Shown here: positions 27,514 to 36,811 of the stretch, in pieces
Position numbering within the stretch: the first letter of the stretch is position 1
Layout of the letters: every line of letters begins with the position of its first letter
Source: an archaeon GW2011_AR15
GTDB taxonomy: Archaea; Nanobdellota; Nanobdellia; Woesearchaeales; GW2011-AR15
Assembly (NCBI GenBank): GCA_000830295.1
Contig: CP010425.1
Coordinates: forward strand, 1,038,952 to 1,102,951
DNA length: 64,000 nt
Reading direction: 5' to 3'
Made by a program: the position numbers and the translations under genes
The notes under the pieces: model-generated
What the model was told of the DNA's origin: nothing
Databases searched by the model: none
The model's input: only the letters and a program-made list of their open reading frames with translations

Positions 27514-28863
27514 TATTGCTACTACCAGGATACCGAATACGACCAGTGCCAGTAATAGCAATCCTCCAAGCAGTATCAGATACTGTGGTGATTCAAAGAA
27601 AGATTGCTTTTCTTCACCATATATGACTCCTGTTGAAGGCCCGACCTCATCTACAACAACTACCGTATCGCTGTCCTCCTCTTCTTCCTCATCAGAAGGT
27701 GTTGCTCCGCCATTGCAGCCCTGTACTGTAAGCACAACGCTCTCCAGGTCTGTCTGCTCGTCATTATTGTAGTTTGCTTCTATTGCAATGACATACTCAC
27801 CGGCAGCTGTGCTTGAGGGTATAGATAGGTCAAAGGTTCTTGTTTCAGTATCCCCTTCGTCAATCTCTATATTGTAGACTTCTTCACGGATGCCCAGTTT
27901 TGATGATTCAACAAAGATAGATGCCTTATTCTGGTCATCTGTTCCTGTATTCTCTATTGTAACCCTAAGAGTTGTATGGGTCTCGCCGCATGCAAGGCTT
28001 GCCGGGCTAAGTGATGCTGAGGTTACTGTGATTTCATCATCTTCAAGCTGCACTTCAAGAGTGAATTCAAGGTAATCCCCGTGGAGGGCCCCGTTTTCGT
28101 CCTCTCCTGTTACCCATAGCTCAAAGTCGTAGTCGTCCTCATCAAGGTCACTAGGGATATCAAAGGATAGTGTCTCTGTAGCTGTATCATCTGCCTTAAG
28201 ATCACCAAAATCTACAGTGTCATCATCAAATTCAGAATCTGCAGGCTCAAGTTCTGCCTCGATATCCTGTATTTCACAGTCTCCGTAGTCATCAGGATCA
28301 TCGCAATCCCCATTATTGTCAAACCTGTTCTCTATGTCTATATCAAGGACAATTTCATCATTTCTGCCGACTTCATCATAGCTGTCTCCGTCATCCAGGC
28401 TATTGTCGTCACCATCGATGGTTATCCTTGGATCTCCGAACCTCAGAAGGTTTTCAGCCTGCATTGTGAAATCAGAAATTGTCAGCAATGTGGTTGTTGA
28501 GTTTTTCACAACAATGTTACCTATATCAAAAGCTGTTGCCTGTCCCTGGCTGTCAACTGCATCCAGGTCAAGAGGAACATATCCATTGATTGTCAGCGTT
28601 GCTGACTCGTTTGAGTCCAGTGTTGTATCTGACAATGTGTAATTTACACTATATTTAGAATCTACACCTGAAGAGGTGACGTTGATACCAGAAACTGTCT
28701 CGTTTCCGGTGTTAGTTATTGTAATGCTTGCTGAATCTGTCTCGCCTCTCTCCTGGCTGCTGCTTCCCAGCGCCACTGTTGAGCTTGAGGCTTCAATTGC
28801 AGCAAAAGCGCTTGCTATTGTAATTGCAAACATCAGCAAAAACAATATTATCAGTTTTTTCAT
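27502..28863 (-). CDS. secreted, highly acidic cell-surface protein with a C-terminal membrane anchor
   Basis: The N-terminal signal peptide is MKKLIILFLLMFAITIASAFA. Aspartate/glutamate-rich repeats follow. The C-terminus has EEEEED and then a hydrophobic helix ending in RK. Confidence 0.7.
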   Translation of the reverse strand: MKKLIILFLLMFAITIASAFAAIEASSSTVALGSSSQERGETDSASITITNTGNETVSGINVTSSGVDSKYSVNYTLSDTTLDSNESATLTINGYVPLDLDAVDSQGQATAFDIGNIVVKNSTTTLLTISDFTMQAENLLRFGDPRITIDGDDNSLDDGDSYDEVGRNDEIVLDIDIENRFDNNGDCDDPDDYGDCEIQDIEAELEPADSEFDDDTVDFGDLKADDTATETLSFDIPSDLDEDDYDFELWVTGEDENGALHGDYLEFTLEVQLEDDEITVTSASLSPASLACGETHTTLRVTIENTGTDDQNKASIFVESSKLGIREEVYNIEIDEGDTETRTFDLSIPSSTAAGEYVIAIEANYNNDEQTDLESVVLTVQGCNGGATPSDEEEEEDSDTVVVVDEVGPSTGVIYGEEKQSFFESPQYLILLGGLLLLALVVFGILVVAILRK

Positions 28864-28959
28864 GGTATACCACCTGCTAAAATCATAAATCTATAGTGCC
28901 TGAGAATAACCAGTTATATATAAATCTTATGTAGCGTTACTATTTAAAAGTAAAAAAGA

Positions 28960-29523
28960 TTAAGAAAAATTAAAATGGTCCATCAGGTTGACCTGGGGGA
29001 TAGGGTTCTTAAACTCCTTTTTCTCTTCCTTTGACTGCTCAACTATGAAATCTTCAGGTTCCTCTTTATTAGCCAATAGGTCTTTGAGCGGCCTCTCATC
29101 CCCTATGTCTGTATAGACAGATTTTACTGCTTCTGCTGGCTGTGTTTTTCGCGTCTCTTCGACAGAAAGGACTTCATTAATCTCAATAGTCATAGTGTTG
29201 CGGGACTCCTCTTTAACCTGCACCTGAGGTCTGAGAACAGCCTCTGGCTCCTTAAACTCTGGAGGATTGTCTCTTTTATAACCGCTTACCATGATATGGA
29301 AATTTTTCCTTTCAGGGCTTGTTTTCTGGATAAGCTCCTCGATTTCCTCTTCATATGTCTTCTTTCTGCCCTCACTTTGGGTAGGCCTGTTTGCGTCTTC
29401 AAAATGCCTTGATACTCTCTTTTCAGTGCCCATAATGCTTTCTGCCATCCTTTGTGCCTCTGTAGGGCTGCTGGCAAGACCTGTTTTGGCTAGTGTTTCT
29501 GCAAGTGTATTCATATTAGTCAT
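28960..29523 (-). CDS. hypothetical charged protein (187 aa)
   Basis: The ORF is clean and glutamate/lysine-rich. I recognise no family. Confidence 0.5.
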   Translation of the reverse strand: MTNMNTLAETLAKTGLASSPTEAQRMAESIMGTEKRVSRHFEDANRPTQSEGRKKTYEEEIEELIQKTSPERKNFHIMVSGYKRDNPPEFKEPEAVLRPQVQVKEESRNTMTIEINEVLSVEETRKTQPAEAVKSVYTDIGDERPLKDLLANKEEPEDFIVEQSKEEKKEFKNPIPQVNLMDHFNFS

Positions 29524-29666
29524 GTTTATACCACCTTAAAGCTTGTTTTTATAGTTACAATAAATTAGTATACTGAAATGTATACTAATATATAAACTTT
29601 GTGATTTGTTTTTTGTTTGTTTTATGCGGAAAAGCTTTAATATAAGCTTTTTATTGGGGTGTACTA

Positions 29667-30251
29667 ATGGATCTTGTGGCTTTGGTGGGATTGGCAGGTT
29701 CTGGGAAAACAGAAGCTTCTAATATTTTCCGCGAACATGGCTATGGGTATATCAGATTCGGAGATATAACTATGGACATTCTTAAAGAAAGAGGTTTAGA
29801 GGTAAATGAAAAAAATGAAAGAGCTGTTCGGGAAGGGGTCAGGAGAGAATACGGAATGGCTGCATATGCAGTGCTAAATGAGGGCAAAATAAGAGAAGCT
29901 AGGGAATTGGGTGATGTTGTAATTGATGGGGTGTACAGCTGGGAAGAAGTTCTTCATTTAAAAGATAGATTTCCTGAAATACAGATAGTTGCCGTGGTCT
30001 GCCCGATGGAAACAAAATATGAACGGCTTGAAAAGAGGCCAGAAAGGCCGCTGACAAGAGAAGAGGCCCTGTCAAGAGATCTGGCAGACATTAAAAACCT
30101 AAATAAGGCTCCGCCAATAGTAATGCATGACTATCTGATAAATAACAAAGGATCAAGAAGGTATTTTAGATATCAGGTTGAAAATTTTATTCAGCCAAAA
30201 AATAAACTGGAAAGGATATATAATGAAGTTCTTGAAATCCTGACAGGATGA
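29667..30251 (+). CDS. P-loop nucleotide kinase (UPF0200 / dephospho-CoA-kinase-like family)
   Basis: The Walker A motif is GLAGSGKT. The overall pattern (GD...ERGL...RE.YG...IDG..S.EE...) resembles archaeal UPF0200 proteins. Confidence 0.65.
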   Translation: MDLVALVGLAGSGKTEASNIFREHGYGYIRFGDITMDILKERGLEVNEKNERAVREGVRREYGMAAYAVLNEGKIREARELGDVVIDGVYSWEEVLHLKDRFPEIQIVAVVCPMETKYERLEKRPERPLTREEALSRDLADIKNLNKAPPIVMHDYLINNKGSRRYFRYQVENFIQPKNKLERIYNEVLEILTG

Positions 30252-31598
30252 TTACATCTTAGGCATTCCGCCCATTCTCTTCATCATCTTCTCCATATTC
30301 TTCATGTTGCCGCCCTTGAACATCTTCATCATCTTCTTTGCCTGCTTGTACTGCTTCATAAGGTCGCGGACTTCCTTCGCAGAAGTTCCTGAGCCTTTTG
30401 CTATCCTCTCTATCCTTGTTCCTGAAATGCTGTCAGGATCCTCAAGCTCTTCTTTTGTGCAGGAATCCATTATATAACGCCATTTTTCAAGCTTCTCCTG
30501 CTGGACCTCAAGGGCATCTTTGGGAAGCTTCAGCTGCCCCATCCCGGGTATCAGTTCTGCTATTTTAGAAAGCGGACCCATCTTCTTCATTGCCTGCATC
30601 TGCTCGTAAAGATCAATGAGGTTGAAGTCTCCCTTGAGAAATTTCTTCCCCATATCCTCTGCATCTTCTTTTGTGATGGCTTCTTCTGCTTTCTTCAGCA
30701 GGGCCTCAATATCACCCATCCCAAGCAGCCTTGAAACAAATCCTTTTGGGTTGAATTCTTCAAAATCATCGGGCTTTTCCCCGACTCCGATAAACCTGAC
30801 AGGCGCTTTTGTTACTGCGCACGCGGAAAGTGCCCCGCCTCCTTTTGCAGTTCCCTCAAGCTTTGTGATTATAACTCCGGTTATGTTACATGTTTCGTGG
30901 AATTTTACTGCCTGCTTTTCTGCTGCCTGGCCCAGATCTGCACTTACTACAAGCAGCCTCTCATCAGCCTTTACAGCCTTGCTTATCCTGTTAAGCTCTG
31001 CTATAAGTTCGTCCGATAATGCGTCACGGCCTGCTGTATCAATGATGATAACATCAAAATTCTTGAGCTCTTTCTCGAATTTCCTGTAAATTTTCAGCGG
31101 ATCCTTCTCCTTCGGATCACCAAATACGGGAATGCTAAGCTTTTTCCCAAGCTGCTCAAGCTGGCTGAATGCAGCAGGTCTCCAGACATCCAGCTGGATT
31201 AAAGCTATTTTGCCTGCCCTCTTCTGGAAGAATTTTGCCAGCTTGCCGGCTGTTGTTGTTTTTCCGGAGCCGAAAAGCCCGACAAGCATTATCTTAAACT
31301 GCTTTTTCTTTATCTCTATCTTGTGCCCTTCCCCTCCTAAAAACTTGACAAGCTCCTCATATAAGATGTTGATTATGTGCTCTTTCTTGGTCATGCCTGC
31401 AGGCTCTTTTTCCTCAAGAGCCCTTTTCTTTATGCTGCTGCTCAGGTCAAAAACAAGCTGGACATTCACATCGCTCTGCAGAAGAGCGCGCTGGATATCC
31501 TTAACAAGCTCGTTCACAAGCTTCTCATCTACAAAAACAGAATTCGCTATCTTCTCAAGCGTGCTTTTCAGCGAGCTTCCTAGTTTTTCTAAAACCAT
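30252..31598 (-). CDS. srp54: signal recognition particle protein SRP54
   Basis: The N domain begins MVLEKLGSSLKSTLEKI. G-domain motifs are GLFGSGKTTT, DTAGR and TKLEGTAKGG, followed by a methionine-rich C-terminal M domain. The start was moved to 31598. Confidence 0.93.
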   Translation of the reverse strand: MVLEKLGSSLKSTLEKIANSVFVDEKLVNELVKDIQRALLQSDVNVQLVFDLSSSIKKRALEEKEPAGMTKKEHIINILYEELVKFLGGEGHKIEIKKKQFKIMLVGLFGSGKTTTAGKLAKFFQKRAGKIALIQLDVWRPAAFSQLEQLGKKLSIPVFGDPKEKDPLKIYRKFEKELKNFDVIIIDTAGRDALSDELIAELNRISKAVKADERLLVVSADLGQAAEKQAVKFHETCNITGVIITKLEGTAKGGGALSACAVTKAPVRFIGVGEKPDDFEEFNPKGFVSRLLGMGDIEALLKKAEEAITKEDAEDMGKKFLKGDFNLIDLYEQMQAMKKMGPLSKIAELIPGMGQLKLPKDALEVQQEKLEKWRYIMDSCTKEELEDPDSISGTRIERIAKGSGTSAKEVRDLMKQYKQAKKMMKMFKGGNMKNMEKMMKRMGGMPKM

Positions 31599-31681
31599 TG
31601 TTGATAAAAACCGGGGTTTTCTTATAAAGTTTTGCCATTTTAACGGCAGGATTTTAATATAAGCTAAAATCACCTCAAAAA

Positions 31682-32359
31682 ATGAGATACATAGACTACA
31701 CTATTGACGTTGGCGGCTTAGAAAAAAGAATAGGTGTTCTAGGAGAGAACCATATTTACAATGACAAAGATGTCATGTTTGCCAGTCAAATCATGCCAAG
31801 TTATGATATCCTTTTGAGGGAAGGGAATAATAATGCGGAGTCTTCTTTGCTTTTTAGACTGGTCGCATTTATGTCTCTACCTCTTTATCTGGCATATTCC
31901 TTTGCATCTGACAGGTCCTTTCTTAATCCAAGTGTAAAAGATATTGCAGAAGAACTGGGAAAAGAGATACGCTGGCTGGATTATGATATGGCAAAATCTT
32001 ATCCGATAATAAATCAGGCTATGATATTCCTAGTAAGCACCATGTCGATATTCAGAGCACCTTTCATATATAAGGATATAAAAACGAACGGAGACACCCT
32101 GACACCAGGAACAAAAAATTATGAGAAATATATGTTTGGACAAATGAAAGGATATAATAATTTTTTTGAGAAGCTGGACCTGTTCAAATCAAATGTTTAT
32201 GGAAGAGATTCTTATTATTACGGACAACTATCTTCATTGTTAAAAGAAGATGCTAATAATATCCTTGTTTCTGTTGGAGATGCCCATTATCTCGGTATAA
32301 TCTCAAGGCTAAACAATGAATATGAAATCCTAAAAATAAACCAATTCATGGTCTTCTAG
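31682..32359 (+). CDS. hypothetical protein (weak TraB/GumN-like pattern)
   Basis: GVLGENH near the N-terminus and VSVGDAHYLGI near the C-terminus resemble the paired GTxH / GxxH motifs of that family. The assignment is weak. Confidence 0.45.
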   Translation: MRYIDYTIDVGGLEKRIGVLGENHIYNDKDVMFASQIMPSYDILLREGNNNAESSLLFRLVAFMSLPLYLAYSFASDRSFLNPSVKDIAEELGKEIRWLDYDMAKSYPIINQAMIFLVSTMSIFRAPFIYKDIKTNGDTLTPGTKNYEKYMFGQMKGYNNFFEKLDLFKSNVYGRDSYYYGQLSSLLKEDANNILVSVGDAHYLGIISRLNNEYEILKINQFMVF

Positions 32360-32360
32360 A

Positions 32361-32777
32361 TTACTTTTTCCTGCTTTCAAAAGAATACGCCGGCTTGCTG
32401 ACTTCCTGCAGCCACATAAGACCTATCTTCATCATGTCCTTGTTGAATTTCTCAGAGATCTTGTAGACTTTGTTGTAAAGGTCATAGTCAATAAGACCCA
32501 TGCTCTTCATAGGAGTTAATATCCTGTCATAAAACTGCCTTTTGTTGTATGATATTTTTACCTTTTTTCCCCTGTACGGCTCTTCATCAATTTCCCCTAT
32601 AAGCTCTCCGTCATGCAGCTTTGTTGCAAAGAGAGACATCTCTGTCTTGGTAATCTGGCTGTTATTCTGCTTCATGTAATTCAGGAGAAGTTTGGCAACT
32701 ATTGTCTGCTGTTTTGTGGCAAATATTACTTCAAATATATCCTCTGGCAGGTTAAACCTGTCATACAATATTACCAT
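32361..32777 (-). CDS. hypothetical protein (138 aa)
   Basis: The ORF is clean. I recognise no family. Confidence 0.5.
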   Translation of the reverse strand: MVILYDRFNLPEDIFEVIFATKQQTIVAKLLLNYMKQNNSQITKTEMSLFATKLHDGELIGEIDEEPYRGKKVKISYNKRQFYDRILTPMKSMGLIDYDLYNKVYKISEKFNKDMMKIGLMWLQEVSKPAYSFESRKK

Positions 32778-32903
32778 TAAATATACCCCCTAATATACAA
32801 GGAAGTATACTGAGATTTAAATAATTTTCCTCAATTTGGTAATTGTTGACTTTTATAGTTTCGCAGGATTTATAAACAGAATTTTAATTATACTTATAAT
32901 ATA

Positions 32904-35237
32904 ATGAAAAAAGAGATGGCAATTGATTCTATAAAAAAATATGTCAGGGCTGCCAACTATATCTCTGCTGCCCAGATTTACCTCCGGGATAATTTCCTGC
33001 TTGAAAAGCCGCTGGCATTTGAGCATATAAAGCCAAGGCTGCTGGGGCACTGGGGAACATGCCCGGGAATCAATTTTGTTTATGCTAATCTAAATTACTT
33101 AATAAAAAAGCACAGGCAGAGCATGCTGTTTGTCCTCGGTCCTGGGCATGGCTTTCCTGCATTACAGGCAAACCTGTTTATAGAGGGGACCTTGGCCAAG
33201 TATTATCCAAGAGCAAAACCCAACCTGAAAGGGCTGATATATCTCGGCAAAGAATTCAGCTGGCCCTACGGCTTTCCAAGCCACAGCAACCCCGGAACCC
33301 CCGGGGTAATTCTGGAAGGCGGAGAGCTGGGATATTCCCTGAGCACTTCTTACGGTGCAATTCTCGACAATCCTGACCTTATAGTTGCCTGTCTTGTCGG
33401 TGATGGAGAGGCTGAAACCGGGCCGACTGCAACTGCCTGGCATATCAACAAATTCATAGATCCTGCTGTCAACGGCGCTGTGCTGCCGATACTCCATCTC
33501 AACGGCTACAAGATATCAGGGCCGACAATATTCGGAAGGATGAGCAACAAGGAGCTGGAAAGCCTGTTTTACGGTTATGGATATGATCCTGTGATTGTTG
33601 ATGAAAAAGAAGGGAACATATACGGCAGGATGATTGATGTGCTGGAAAACAGCTACAGGAAAATAAAGGGAATACAGAAGCATGCCAGAGAAAAAAAAGA
33701 GATTGCATCTCCAAGATTCCCAATGATTATTTTAAGGACTCCGAAGGGATGGACAGGCATCAAAAGGCTGAATGGGGAAAAAATAGAGGATAACTGCCTT
33801 TCACACCAGGTTGTCGGGAAGGAAGCAAAGACAAGCGGGCACGAGCTGAAGAGCATTGAAGCATGGCTGAAGTCATACAATTTCACAGAGCTGTTTGGCA
33901 GAGAGGATGGATTTGCCAAAGAGATTACAGGCATAGTCCCCAAACCTGATTTTTGCATGGGACAGAACAGGCATGCTTTTGGAGGAGAAGTATACCAAAA
34001 GCTCAGGCTGCCAAGCCCGGCAAAATTTTCTGAAGACTCTTCACTTCCCGGGATTATAGGGAGCAGCAGCATGAGAAGGGCAGGAGCTTACCTTAATGAT
34101 GTTTTCAGGCTGAATAAGCATAATTTCAGGCTCTTCTCGCCTGATGAAACATATTCAAACAAGCTGGATGAGGTTTTCTGCACAACCTCAAGGTCTTTTG
34201 TCTGGCCTGTGAAAAAATGGGACAAGGACATTTCAAGAAACGGAAGAGTGATAGAGATGCTCAGCGAGCATACATTACAGGGCTTGTGCCAAGGTTACAT
34301 ACTGACAGGAAGGCATGCTGTCTTTGCCTCTTATGAAGCATTTGTAGAGATTGTAAGCAGCATGGCAAGCCAGTATGAGAAATTCCTGAAAGCATCAAAG
34401 GACTTCCCATGGAGAAAGCCAATCGCTTCCTTAAATTACATCCTGACTTCCTCAGGATGGAGGCAGGAGCACAACGGATTTTCCCATCAGAACCCTAAAT
34501 TCATCAGCGGCTTCCTGGAGAAAGCAGGCTGCCTAGGCAGGGTCTATTTTCCTCCTGACGGAAGCAGCACATTGGTAGTATTAAAGCAATGTCTGGAATC
34601 AAGGAACAGGATAAATGTCATTGTTGCAGGAAAAACTGTCGAACCGAGATGGCTTACCCTCACCAAAGCCAAAGAAGAGCTTAAGGCCGGAATGATGGTG
34701 TGGGATTTCTGCAGCGATAGCAATCCCGATATTGTGTTTGGCGGAATAGGGGATTACCTTACAAAAGAGTGCATTGCAGCTATCTCCCTGCTAAAGGAAT
34801 ACGCACCTGAGATAAAAGTCAGGTTTGTAAATGTCATGGAAGTCACTGCATTGGGATTTGGAGGAGGCTCTGCTGACTTTAACAGCTACTTTACAAAGGA
34901 CAAGCCGGTGATATTCAATTACCATGGATACAGGAGCGATATTGAAGCATTATTGCTGGAATATGATAATGTTAAGAGGTTCAGGGTGCATGGCTACACT
35001 GAAAGCGGATCAACCACAACTCCCTTCGATATGCACATAAGAAACAAGACAAGCAGGTACCATCTGGTAATTGAAACATTAAGTATTTTATCAGCGAAAA
35101 AAATTGTAACTTCTGCCAAAGCCGAAAAACTAGCTGTGCTTTTTGAAGAAAAGATAAGGAAACACTCTGATTTCATAAGGGAATTTGGTGATGACCCTGA
35201 TGAGATTAAATACTGGCGATGGAAAGGAAAACACTGA
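32904..35237 (+). CDS. xfp: xylulose-5-phosphate/fructose-6-phosphate phosphoketolase
   Basis: AANYISAAQIYLRDNFLL...IKPRLLGHWGTCPG and GGELGYSL...GDGEAETGP are hallmark XFP motifs. The length is about 780 aa. Confidence 0.92.
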   Translation: MKKEMAIDSIKKYVRAANYISAAQIYLRDNFLLEKPLAFEHIKPRLLGHWGTCPGINFVYANLNYLIKKHRQSMLFVLGPGHGFPALQANLFIEGTLAKYYPRAKPNLKGLIYLGKEFSWPYGFPSHSNPGTPGVILEGGELGYSLSTSYGAILDNPDLIVACLVGDGEAETGPTATAWHINKFIDPAVNGAVLPILHLNGYKISGPTIFGRMSNKELESLFYGYGYDPVIVDEKEGNIYGRMIDVLENSYRKIKGIQKHAREKKEIASPRFPMIILRTPKGWTGIKRLNGEKIEDNCLSHQVVGKEAKTSGHELKSIEAWLKSYNFTELFGREDGFAKEITGIVPKPDFCMGQNRHAFGGEVYQKLRLPSPAKFSEDSSLPGIIGSSSMRRAGAYLNDVFRLNKHNFRLFSPDETYSNKLDEVFCTTSRSFVWPVKKWDKDISRNGRVIEMLSEHTLQGLCQGYILTGRHAVFASYEAFVEIVSSMASQYEKFLKASKDFPWRKPIASLNYILTSSGWRQEHNGFSHQNPKFISGFLEKAGCLGRVYFPPDGSSTLVVLKQCLESRNRINVIVAGKTVEPRWLTLTKAKEELKAGMMVWDFCSDSNPDIVFGGIGDYLTKECIAAISLLKEYAPEIKVRFVNVMEVTALGFGGGSADFNSYFTKDKPVIFNYHGYRSDIEALLLEYDNVKRFRVHGYTESGSTTTPFDMHIRNKTSRYHLVIETLSILSAKKIVTSAKAEKLAVLFEEKIRKHSDFIREFGDDPDEIKYWRWKGKH

Positions 35238-36364
35238 TTGTCAATATAGGAAGCACTTCCAAAAAGTATGCTCTTTATTCTGATAAGGAACTAATAAGAA
35301 TTACCCTAAACATAGACCTGGATTGCGGTTATAAGGCGAATGGCAAGGTCTCAAAATTAAAAGCCGGCAGAAAAGAATACAATGATTCAGCAAAATACGT
35401 TCTTAATCTACTGATGAAAAAAGAGCTGATAGCATCAAAAAAAGAAATTGAGAAAATTGCTGTGCGTGTTGTTTCCCCTGGGAATTTCTTCCAGAAAAAC
35501 AGGCCAATAAATAGAGAATACATCACAAAGCTGGAGGAATCAAGGAGCATGGCTCCGCTCCATATTGAACCTGTGCTTGGAGAGCTGAAGAAAATATTAA
35601 AAGAATTCAGGGGAGCCAGGATAATCGCTGTTTCAGACAGCGCTTTCCATTATACTCTGGGGTCTGCTGCGAAATACTATGCAATCCCAAAAAAATACTC
35701 TGATTTATTCGGCATCTACAGGTATGGATACCATGGGATTTCAGCAAGCTCTGTCATCAGGCATCTGAAATCATCTTCCAAACTGCCGGAGAGGATTATA
35801 ATCTGCCACCTGGGAGGAGGCTGCAGCATAACTGCAGTAAAGAACGGAAAAAGCATAGATACCTCAATGGGCTTCAGCCCCCTGGAAGGCCTCTACATGG
35901 CATCCAGATCCGGGGACATTGACCCGTCTATTGTCTTCTATCTCCTGAAAAAATTTTCTGCTGAAAACCTCTTAAAAATGCTGAATAGTGAATCTGGACT
36001 GCTTGGTGTGTCAGGAAAGAGCTCAAGCGTAAAAGAGCTTATTGATTTAAAGGACAGCAGATCAAAATTAGCTATGGACATGTATGCATACAAGATAAAG
36101 AAGTATATAGGCTCGTATTATGCCGCGCTCAACGGGTTGGATGTGCTTGTATTTACAGGGGCAGTCGGCTCTGGTTCTGTGAAGATGAGAAGGAAAATCT
36201 GCCAGGATTTGGCCGGGCTTGGCATTAGTCTTGATACAGCAAAAAATTCAAGGAATAAAAAAGGCTTTATCCATGCTTCTGGCTCCAAGGCAAAAATATT
36301 CATCATGGAGACAGATGAAATTGAAGAGATGTACAGGATAATAACCCAATATCCAAAAGTTTAA
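35219..36364 (+). CDS. ackA: acetate kinase
   Basis: LIVNIGSTSKKY corresponds to the N-terminal ASKHA phosphate-1 loop. RYGYHGIS, HLGGGCSI and SRSGDIDP are also present. It overlaps the end of xfp by 19 nt. Confidence 0.88.
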   Translation: MERKTLIVNIGSTSKKYALYSDKELIRITLNIDLDCGYKANGKVSKLKAGRKEYNDSAKYVLNLLMKKELIASKKEIEKIAVRVVSPGNFFQKNRPINREYITKLEESRSMAPLHIEPVLGELKKILKEFRGARIIAVSDSAFHYTLGSAAKYYAIPKKYSDLFGIYRYGYHGISASSVIRHLKSSSKLPERIIICHLGGGCSITAVKNGKSIDTSMGFSPLEGLYMASRSGDIDPSIVFYLLKKFSAENLLKMLNSESGLLGVSGKSSSVKELIDLKDSRSKLAMDMYAYKIKKYIGSYYAALNGLDVLVFTGAVGSGSVKMRRKICQDLAGLGISLDTAKNSRNKKGFIHASGSKAKIFIMETDEIEEMYRIITQYPKV

Positions 36365-36383
36365 AAATCCGACATAGTTCACA

Positions 36384-36470
36384 TTCTCAGAGGGAAATCA
36401 GGGTGCGACTCCCTGGCTGTGCCGCAACCGTAAAGCCGGAAAACCAAATTCCTTCGTGCAAGGGTGAGAA
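36384..36470 (+). promoter_or_regulatory. cobalamin-riboswitch-like leader (short form without peripheral extension)
   Basis: AGAGGGAAATCAGGGTGCGACTCCCTGGCTGTGCCGCAACCGTAAAGCCGGAAAACC parallels the btuB core AGGGAATCCAGTGCGAATCTGGAGCTGACGCGCAGCGGTAA and the B12 box AAGCCCGAAGACC. A candidate closing helix TTCTCA (36384-36389) / TGAGAA (36465-36470) overlaps the GGTGA Shine-Dalgarno-like element 6 nt before the ATG. Confidence 0.5.
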
Positions 36471-36472
36471 AA

Positions 36473-36811
36473 ATGGATAAGAGAAAAGCAGTTCTTAGCA
36501 AAAATGTTGAGATAATTGAGGGAAGCTATCATCCCATCAAAGACTGGGTCATGGACCCGAAAGGATATTTTCTGATAAGGGTTAACAGGAAAAAGAGGCT
36601 GCTGGAGCTGGGATACTGCAGAAAAGATAATGTTATTGAGGTCATGATTCTGGGAAAGACACCGCAGGAAGTCTATTTCAATGCCTGCGAGAAAGGCCTG
36701 CTCTCAAGGCTGGATCATGCTGCGTATCTTGGAAAAGAGCTTGAGAAAGCATATCTTGCAATGAAATACAATCTTGACTATGTGCAGGATGAGGAGCTTA
36801 AGATTGGCTAG
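36473..36811 (+). CDS. DUF4346-like protein
   Basis: GYFLIRV...LDHAAYLGKELEKAYLAMKYNLDYVQDE matches my recollection of the DUF4346 signature. That domain is usually fused to pterin-binding or MtrA-like proteins. Confidence 0.6.
   Translation: MDKRKAVLSKNVEIIEGSYHPIKDWVMDPKGYFLIRVNRKKRLLELGYCRKDNVIEVMILGKTPQEVYFNACEKGLLSRLDHAAYLGKELEKAYLAMKYNLDYVQDEELKIG

Noticed and set aside
36384-36470. Alternative identities for the structured leader: ZTP/pfl, THF or TPP riboswitch.
   Set aside because: It lacks the ZTP GGGTCGTGACTGGCG / CCGCCTGGGC elements, the THF core and the TPP CTGAGA / ACCTGATCTGGATAATGCC elements. The GGGAA...GGTGCGA.TCC...GCCGCAACCGTAA plus AAGCCGGAAAACC pattern fits cobalamin much better.
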